From the NCBI RefSeq assembly GCF_009914755.1, contig NC_060940.1: DNA of 64,000 bases. One strand, given 5' to 3'. The stretch comes from the human T2T-CHM13v2.0 reference genome, Homo sapiens. How positions within the stretch are numbered: position 1 is the first letter of the stretch; each line of letters opens with the position of its first letter. Under the pieces are notes generated by a model. The model saw only the letters and a program-made list of their open reading frames with translations, had not been told where the DNA came from and did not search any database. This document shows positions 55,020-64,000 of the stretch, piece after piece. The position numbers and the translations under genes are program-made.

Positions 55020-56050
55020 AATTTGAGCAAAGACAGGATAAAAATTAACCTTCATTTGAATATGTAAACAAACATGGCATTTGGTAATTTCCAGCCGTCC
55101 TTGGCTTGGGTTGCCAAAGAGCAGCATAAAGTGATTTGTCTGCCAGGTCTCTGTACAGAGAAAAACTTTATTCTTAGAGGCTTTTTACACTTGAATAAGT
55201 GCTAAATAATAATAATAGGCCAAGACTGAAAGCAACTCTTTCTATTGGAAGGGTGTCAACACAGGCAGGATGAAGAACTGGGACTTCTTCAAGGGAGTGA
55301 GGGAGTGACAAAATCTGGGTTGATAAATGCTGACATTCTGAATAAAATCACTCCATGCCTTCACCTAGGTCAAGAAACGACATTGTTTTCCTGAGCGGCA
55401 GTGACAGCGAGGTGACAGAGATTAATAGCTTGGTATTGACTGAGCAACTTCGAGTTCCTTATCTCTGTCAAGTCAAGGCTGTGTCCAAGGGCTGAAAGTG
55501 TTATTAGACTTATAATTGCAAAGACATTTAAAGGGTTTCCCCTTAAGGGACTATGAAATCCAATAAACGTTTCACAAAACCTCAAGCGCTCGAGTGCAAA
55601 GCCCCCATCTGGGAGAGCTGCGTGCTCCCAGCCAAGCGCCAGGGAAACCTTGAAGCCGCCAACATTGAATAATGTTTGATTTATGAAGTTGGTTTTGAAT
55701 TTGTATCAGTTGTTTTATTAAAAATATATGAAAGGAAGTTTTAAATATGAGCAAGCCCTGTAGGCTGTCGCCTGCACTGTGCCACCTGTCTGGCTAAGCC
55801 GCCTCCTTCTTCCTCACTCTGCCGCTCAGACCCAGGAGGATGGAGGAGCTACACAAACAGTGTGGCTAATTTGCGGGGTTAATTTGGTCTGCCAGGGATT
55901 AAGTCTGAATTTTTCACCTGGGCTCACAGAAGAAGGCGGGAAGTTCTGAATAATGCTGAAGCAGGTGTATGCGGAACCAGTGGATTTGATTTGCCATCTG
56001 TAAGGTGGCCCAGGGACATCTCTCAGCATGCTGGATTTACTTGTCAAATA
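55020..56050. promoter_or_regulatory. Candidate developmental enhancer (MEIS/PBX-HOX/SOX/FOX motifs)
   Basis: No recognisable repeat, locally retained CpGs, clustered TGACAG x3, TGATTTATG, CATTGTT, GTAAACAAACA. Confidence 0.45.
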
Positions 56051-57123
56051 GCAACACAGAGAAGTATGTCAACTTCTGGAAAAAGCATTTCTGCTTCCTT
56101 CTAGGAAGCTTCTAGCACTGGAGGCTATAGGTAGGGTGAGGTTGGTTTGCAGGAGACCTGTTGGAGGGCCCTGGGTATAGGGATGTGGGATTGCAGATTG
56201 GTGTGGGACTCTGGACCTCAGTTTCCCTATCTGTTGAATGGACCAGACTTCTCCTCCCAGGGTCATCTATGGATCTAAGAGTCCTTGGACCTGTGAGAAG
56301 AACCGACCCAATAGGGCATGACCTTCAGGCTTGGTCCCTTTTCACCTTGTGGCCAGAGAGAAGGGCAGAGGCAGAGGCTTAGAGAGCCAGGGAGGCGGCT
56401 GGTAAATGCTTCATCCAGGAATGAGGCCATGGGTTGTAGAAGTGTGTTTGTGAAAGGGAATCTCTATTGCTAGGGCCAGAACACAGTCTCTTGGGGACTG
56501 TGGGCACTTGCAGAGATTTGGGGGCTGGGGCACCTACTCTGTGTGCAGCCTGGGATGGACCCAACAGGTGGATGCTTCTTACGGTGCTGAAATGTCATCT
56601 ACCAGTCCACCCCCATGCCTTCATGGAGGTGGAAGGACCCTGGGTGTCCTCAGAAGCCTGTCCAGAGGTGCCCTCTCCCTCTCTCTCTGCCCTGTTCCTG
56701 CAGTAAGGAGAAGACTCAGCACCCTTAGGCATCCACAGTTCCACTTTCACATCACTGCCTTGTTACCTTCCCTCCACTTCCCCCGTGTCAGGCATACAGT
56801 GGGTGCTTAATAAATATTGGCTAAATGAATGAAGGAAGGCTCCCAATCTACCCCCATTCTCCCCTCCAGACCATCAGGGCCAGCCAAAGGTGGCCAGATA
56901 GCATGGGAATTCTGCCAGAGGCTGTGGGAACTTGCCAATATTTTGGGATGGGGGATTAATTTCAGGTCTGATCTGGGAATCTCCCTATAGGTGGGTGCTT
57001 TTGAAAGTCTTGAGGTACTCTCTGGGGCTCTGAGGCTGTGTCCCCAGTGAGGAGGTTGGGAGTAGAGGGATGAGAGCCATAAAAGGCTTCCAGAGATCGG
57101 CCCTGGGAGCCCTTTGTAAGGGT

Positions 57124-57125
<2 letters not shown>

Positions 57126-57177
<52 letters not shown>

Positions 57178-57197
57178 CCACCCTCCCTCTCTCTCCT
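57126..57197. repeat. (TC)n microsatellite
   Basis: About 25 TC units with one interruption, then pyrimidine-rich. Confidence 0.97.
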
Positions 57198-57709
57198 TTC
57201 ATGTGCCTCCTGCAGTGAGGGGAAAGTTTAGGCATCCTTGGGGCTCCCACAGCCACTTTTATGTCACTTCTCCATTACCACAGTGGCGCCCCATGCCTGG
57301 CACAAGGTAGATAAATATGTGTTGAATAGATTAATGAATGAATGAAGGCCATCCACCAACTCCACTCCTGCCCTATTAATGCTATCCAAGGATGGCCAGC
57401 CAGCAGGTTGACTCTGCTGGGGAGCTGTAGTTGTGTAGTTATGGCCAGCTCTGGAGCACCATGTGGCATTGCTGTATCTTCCTAGGTAAGCTCTGTCCTT
57501 TGTTAGAACTCACCACCAGCCTTCTGATACCTTGGATTCCAGTACCTTTCGGTTATCCTCCAGACAGCTTAGCAACCTTCCCTGAACACTTCCCACATGC
57601 CAGGTGTAGCAGGACCTAGCAGGGGAGACCCCAGGGAGGGCAGTAGTTAGGCGGCCAACCTAATTACCCATGGTCGATAACATGCCTACCCCAAGGTGTC
57701 TCTCCAAAC

Positions 57710-57980
57710 AATGGAGAACAGACCAGGAGGAGGAGTGCCACCCTGTGTGTGTGTTGGGAGAGTACACTGGGTGATGGACAACCATCCAGGTTGGTGGAGA
57801 ATTGCCTGGATGAGTGCCTTGGATGGTAGAGGACTACTCCATGAGGTGGAGGAGTGCCTAGGTGGTGAATGACTAATCCAGGGGGTGATGATTGCCCTGG
57901 AGGAGAGCCTCCAATGGTGGAGAACTGCTCTGGGCAGAGGAAGAGTACTCTGGGTGGTAGAGGACATCTCTAGGTGATGG
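57710..57980. repeat. Highly decayed ~20-bp minisatellite
   Basis: Recurring units such as GAGTACTCTGGGTGGTAGA, GAGTGCCTAGGTGGTGAA, GAGTGCCTTGGATGGTAGA. Confidence 0.65.
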
Positions 57981-59342
57981 GGCAAGGTGCAGCCTGCCCA
58001 GCTATCTGACTTCCAGGGTTGGAACCCAAGGCTTGGGCTTCTTCCCAGTATGACCCTATGGAATCCATTCCCAAGGTGCTCCACTTTTTCTTAGGATAGG
58101 GAACAGAGAGCATCTCCCTGAGGACAAAAGCAGACCAAGACAAAACACATTGCATCTCAGCCTGGGCTGCAAGGAGACAGGGGCTAGGTGCAGGGTAAGA
58201 GGCCTGCATGCAACATGTGGGTTTTCAGGCAGAGCTAGAACTCCCAAGCTGGACAGCCCTCTGGGAGCAGGAGTGAGGGAGGGCCAATCTCTGGCTCTCC
58301 TCTCAGTATGGCTTCTCCACCTGTTCTGACCAAGAGGGCAGTCATGTCAATCAGCAAATTCTGGTCTCCAGGACAGACAGGAGAGAGGGCCCTCCCTCCC
58401 CATCCTGCTGTGGTCAGGAGGCCTTTCAGAGAATCTCTCCTCCTTCTGCAGAGCCCCTCTGTTCCTAAAGCAGATAGCCCCAAGGCCTCCTCTAACTCAC
58501 CCTTCTTCTCTGCACCCCTTCTTGTGCATGTTCATTTGTTTTGGGCTCCCTGGACTTCTTGATAATTCCCCTGCATGTTCAGGCTCACACGGTCTATTCC
58601 TGCACTGGCTGAGCCCTGGTGCCCCCACACCTCCAGTGGATGTGGTCCTGGTAAAGGTCACTGGCAATGGCATCACCTCTCAGCACCAGGTCCTTGCCAA
58701 CATTCACCTAGCTAGCATGATTACACATGAACTTGGGTCAGGCCCTAAGTTCCTTGTCCATCGCCTCCAGCCTTTTGGATCTTGTAATTTGCTAAACTCT
58801 CTACTCTTCCCTACCTGCTATTCCAGACTGACTCAGGCTTTTGCAGAGTTGAGTTCTCATGACATTGAATTCATCGGACTGTGGGCTGCTTGGATGTTTG
58901 TCTTGGAGGTTGGCCTTCAAAAGTCAGTCGTGCATTGTACTTCCACCTGCATTTGAATAAACTTCAGCAGAAGTTTTCAGTGCTCTGGGGTTTTGGCCAC
59001 AGGAGACACCAAGAATTGGGGGAAAGGGCAGGAACTTGAAAAGGATGGACAGGGAGACAGCAATCTACAGTTGCCCCCAAACTGGCTGCAGATCCCAATT
59101 AACCTTGGCCTCCCTTGCCTTGGGTGAACTCAAGGCTGGGGTTAGGAAGAAGGTAAAAAATGTCTACACTCCACCACCAGGCCCTTTAGAGGCCAATCAG
59201 CTTGCTTCATGGAGGGTCCACTGTCCTGTTTGTCTTTCCTTTGGGATTTTCTAGGGCTCCATTAACTTACATGATAAACTAGCTTATGTTGCTAAGAGGT
59301 CTTCTTCTCCCAGGGAGTTGAGCTATTCTTGAATTGCAGTGG

Positions 59343-59795
59343 GGCAGTTAGGATTCTTCTGAAGCAAATGATAGAAACTCAAACCAAATAAAAACCTGTT
59401 TGGTCCCTGCAACTGAGAAGTCCAATTGTAGATTAGACACAGGAGAATTCGGAGGTGCAAACATTGATTTTAGAACTTGGCCTCTCTCTACTTCTCAGCT
59501 TCCTTTCCTATAGGTTCACTCTTTTCAAGCAAGCTGACCCCAAGTGGTGCCACCAGCAGCTCCTGATGTATACCTCTGTCTTGGTTGCTCTGGCAAAATT
59601 CTGGAGGCTGAGTCTCATTGGACTCACCTGGGTTATCTGCCCATCCCTGAATCAATCACTGGGGCTGGGAGGATATAGCATATTAATTGGCCCAAGCATG
59701 GTCATGTGCCTAACCCTGGAGTTCAGTCAATGCCATATGAACACATGGATACAGCATGGAGACCAGGCAGGGGAGCAAAACTAATGCCCATTAAA
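59343..59795 (-). mobile_element. MaLR LTR, MLT1K-like
   Basis: CAGTTAGGATTCTT...CTCATTGGACTCACCTGGGTTATCTGCCCATCCCTGAATCAATCACTG...GGTCATGTGCC. Confidence 0.8.
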
Positions 59796-60105
59796 CGGGC
59801 CTTTGTCATCATTTGAACTTTCTAGCTTTCCCGCATTTGTTTCTATCACTGCTTCTACCTGGAGACATCGTCCCTCTTCTCTGCTTTGTTCCATGCCCTT
59901 CACTTCCTACCTTGGAAGAGATGCCTCATTTCTATGCCTCAGTTGATACCCAAAGAGGGGGTTAGAATAGGTGGGCTTGATGGGTCCTTGCAGATTCCGA
60001 ATGCTACATCTAGTTTCATCCTTTAGGGTTCAACTGAAATGCCATCTCCTTCAGTGTCTCCCCAGTTTGTGTCTCCCCAATTTGCACAACTCTCATTTGC
60101 CTTGA

Positions 60106-60494
<389 letters not shown>

Positions 60495-60619
60495 GATTCA
60501 TCCCTGGTTTTCTAAGAGCACCAGACACACAGTAGAGGGCTCACAAGACTTCCAGAAGCTAAGAGAGACATGACTCATCTATCTTTATTCCTTGATTCAT
60601 CCTGGATAGTAAAAAAATA

Positions 60620-61130
60620 AAGAGATGCCAAAACAGGGCAGCAAAATTATTGCATATTATAATTTTTTCTTTGAACAATTAATACTTTTACACTAAAGCC
60701 CATTCAACACAATAATTTACTAGTCTGTATCCATCAGTTATATGACTGAAGAATTTTGACTAATGCAAAATGTCAGAACATTTATGGCAAAATAATGACA
60801 CTTCAGAACTTTCGATAAAACAGAGCGTGTAGTAACAATTATGGTTTGAATGATAGCTACCCATAATCTCTTGACTTCATTTTGTTTTCAGTGTTCTATT
60901 GCAGGTGGCAATGTCCTAAGATGTAAATTGCCATTCACAAAGTAATTACAGGATTTATGTTTTAAAAAATTCACAGCACACGCCAGGCAGTGGGTTCCGG
61001 CAAGGGGACTCACATTTAAAGCTGGAAGACAGGATCTTCTTTTAGTCCTCTTGTGCATTGCTGTGGCTTTATGTATAAATATATTAGGTGACAATGTCAA
61101 TTTTAAGTTTAAGGATCTCTGTGAATATGC
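60620..61130. promoter_or_regulatory. Candidate conserved non-coding element / enhancer
   Basis: AT-rich unique block with AACAAT x2, TTTATGG, TAATTA. Confidence 0.4.
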
Positions 61131-61904
61131 AGGAGGCCAAGTAGTTACTCCACCCACCCCCTGGTCCCCCACACCCACCACGATGTGTACTCATGTGGGC
61201 TTGTGCGATTGCTTTGAGCGTCGCTAATTCAGAGGCCTGACAGTGCAGTGGAGATTTGGGGACAGACAGTGAGGGAGGGGGTGCTCGGGCTGCTGACATG
61301 GGCACATTTGGCGACAGGCTGTGATCACACCGCGGGTGGCTGGACAGCCTTCTTGGCCCATGCATATGCATTGTGGCAGCCCTGGGGAGCTGGGGAGTTG
61401 GCTGGCCTCCAGGAAGGGCGCCATATGGAAAGTGTGTGGGTTTTTTTTCCCCTAGGACTTTACCAAAAGAAAAGAAGTAGAAAAGAAAAAGGAGAAAAGA
61501 GAAGAAAACTTTAGAGAGAGGCTCATACAAGGTTAATGATGAAAAACGTAAGGATCAGCTAACTGCCCCAGTCTCCCCGTGGCCCAGATGGGGAAAGGAG
61601 GCACAACGAGTCAAGGAGGCTCTTTGCCCAAGTTCAGATGGAAGGCAGTGCTAAGGGCCACCTTTAAGTTTATGTTGGAGAAACAGAATGTTTGGTTCCT
61701 AAGTTTCCTCCTGATCTCTCTTGGGAATCTCTGACCTGGAATGTGGCCATCTGTGGCCACATTAGATTAGATTTCTGGCCTCTTCTAACAATCAAATAAT
61801 TTCTTGATAGTTAGTGTTTTATACGATCCTTTCTCCAAATCTATCACCCAAGGTAATTCTTTTTAACTATACCAGCCTTTAAATTCCCCTTTTTCTTACA
61901 TTGT

Positions 61905-62770
61905 TAAAAAATTTTAATAGTGTTAAAATACACATAACAGAAAATTTACTGTCTTAACCATTTTTAAATTTTGCAGTATTTATTGACATGGGAATATTTG
62001 CACAGTATATTCTTTTTCTATTGTGGCAAAGAATAACATAAAGTCCATCCTCCCAACAATTACCAAATGTCCAGTATAATATTGCCAACGACGTACACAT
62101 GGCTGTTCAACACATCCCCAGGAGCTCCCACCCTCTATACTGAAACTCTGTACCCACTGAACAACAGCTACCCACTGTTCCTCCCTGAGCCCCTGGCACT
62201 TACCATTTGAATTTCTGCTTCTTTGAGATTGGCTATTTTAGATAAATCATATGGATGGAATCACGCAGTATTTGTCTTTTTGTGACTGACTTATTTTGCT
62301 TAGTATAATGTTCTCGAGTTTCATCCATACTGTAGCATATAACAATATTTTCTTCTGTTCTAAAGCTCAATATTTCATTGTATGTTTATACCACATTTTC
62401 TTTATCCATTCTTCCATTGATGGACATTTAGGTTGCTTCCGTTTCTTGGCTACTGTGAATAATGCTGCAATGAACATGGGTGTGCAAATATCTCTTTGAT
62501 ATCCTGTTTTCAATTATTTTTGGTCATATACCCAGAAGTAGGATTGCTGGATCATATGATAGTTCTATTTTTAATTTTTTGGGGACCTCCATACTATTCT
62601 TCATAATGGCTACATCATTTCACATTTCCACCAACAGTACACGAGAGTTCCAGTTTCTCCACATTTTCACCCCTTCTTAACCATTTTAAAGTCTACCATT
62701 CAATAGGGTTAAGTACATTCACATTGTTGTACAACCAATCTTCAGAACTTTTTCCTTTTGGAAAAGGCTT
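61905..62770 (-). mobile_element. L1MB-type 3' end (host) split by a younger L1
   Basis: AAAATACACATAACAGAAAATTTACTGTCTTAACCATTTT | AAGTACATTCACATTGTTGTACAACCAATCTTCAGAACTTTT. Confidence 0.8.
62011..62674 (-). mobile_element. L1MA9/10-L1MB1-like 3' fragment
   Basis: TGAAACTCTGTACCCACTGAACAAC...GCAGTATTTGTCTTTTTGTGACTGACTTATTT...ACCCAGAAGTAGGATTGCTGGATCATATG; TSD TCTTAACCATTTT. Confidence 0.9.
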
Positions 62771-64000
62771 AAACCACTTGGGTTAGGTAAACCGCTTGGG
62801 TTGGCTTGCAAGAGCCCTAGTCTATGTGCCCCTCCCCCACCGCCACCCCCACCCCCAACCCCTGAGTAAAGTGCTCTGGTATCTTGGAGAGAGAAGTGAG
62901 ACAAGTTCCTTCTCCCTCTCAGGTGCATCAACACAGCAGAATATTCTTAGTTTGTAAAGTGGGCAGATGTTGGTGTCCTAGGACTTGTGATAATGTTCCA
63001 GAGAGGTCAGAGGACAGCCCAAGGTGCTCTGTAGGGGGAAGATAATAACCCAGAGTGCTCAGAAGCATGGGATTACATATGTGGACCTTTGCTTCCTTAC
63101 TGACATGGAGAACTGTCACTTTAGCCTAACAAAAATAGAAGTTCTTTCCTTAGCCAAGTGGCTCCACACCTAGCATCTTCTGGGGGCACTTACTGAATAT
63201 ACAGATGCCCTGGCCTTGTTCTTTCTTTTCAGGATGGGGGATTCTTCAACAGGACATGCCTCAGGTCCAGATAAACCACTCCCAAATGCAAAGGTTGAAG
63301 CAACTGTTTGCCTTTTGGACAGGAATCTTGGCACCTGTCACGGACTTCTCAGTCAGGAGAGGGCTGCTTTTGAGAGCACGTGATGTACTGTTCCCCTTGC
63401 ATTTTCTTTTCTTTTCCTTTACAGGAGGGCTGTTGAAGGTCATGTCACGAACAGGATGTGTGTCATAATAGATAGAGTTCTTCCCAGAAAAAGGAGGTGG
63501 TTGGGGGAAACGAGTTCTTGGCTTGGTAATTTCAGAAGTCCTGATTTGTCAAAGCCAAGAATAGCCTTGTAATAATAAAGGGGAAAAATTGCTTGAGATT
63601 CCAAAGGGAGTCACGATTTAGCAATAGCCTCGAAGGAAAATTAGGGTCTATGTATGATGGCACTGCTCTTTCCTGCTGCCTCCTCAGAGACGATTACTCA
63701 TTTGTAATTTATTAGCTAATTATGCATGGGCAAAGGAATATGAATCACTTCATTTAGATGATAGCAATTAGCGAGGGCTTGTTGGAGTTCTTTCTGTCGG
63801 GGTTCTGGGTATGTTTAGACAACACAGGTGCTGCCAGGGCTAACACACCTCTGGAGAGGAAACATTCCATTTCTCCCACCCCTACTGGGCTACCAAATAG
63901 GTTCCTGCCCTAACTCCCCAGACCTCTCCAGACTATACCACTTCCTTATGTCTTCACCACTTACAGACTCTGTGAATTTTGACAAATCACCTTATTTCTC

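Noticed and set aside
55101-55117. NFI-like palindrome TTGGC...GCCAA
   Set aside because: Spacer is 7 nt rather than the canonical 5
57686-58084. 132-aa His/Ser/Pro-rich ORF, and a possible CRISPR-like array
   Set aside because: Composition comes from the decayed minisatellite; units are contiguous and divergent, with no constant repeat plus unique spacers, in primate DNA
62719-62934. Poly-Gly ORF
   Set aside because: Translation of the C-rich G4 tract and L1 flank

Overview
Primate (human-like) genomic DNA, non-coding over the whole window and either intergenic or deep intronic. I could not place the locus from sequence alone. A large share is recognisable interspersed repeat: 12 Alus (J, S, Y), 5'-truncated L1s (L1PA/PB/MA/MB/ME types), many MIR and L2 fragments, an L3/CR1 relic, a probable L4 fragment, MaLR/ERVL LTRs (MLT1, MST, LTR16) and hAT-type DNA transposon MITEs (MER1B, MER3, MER5A, MER81, MER96, MER102, MER113). 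Many of these are nested with readable target-site duplications (TSDs). I found no credible protein-coding gene, RNA gene, processed pseudogene, CpG-island promoter or CRISPR-like system; the ORF track is noise or repeat-derived. Between the repeats lie several repeat-free blocks dense in homeodomain/PBX-MEIS/SOX/FOX/POU motifs, as expected in a developmental-enhancer landscape (inference). The most unusual observations are an AluSp/AluY chimeric Alu with intact flanks, a candidate ancient L1 3' transduction, a cryptic decayed ~20-bp minisatellite and a CR1 fossil still showing its RT motif. I did not find a convincing new biological system. Repeat family names come from recalled consensus sequences read by eye, so subfamilies and old-repeat boundaries are approximate.
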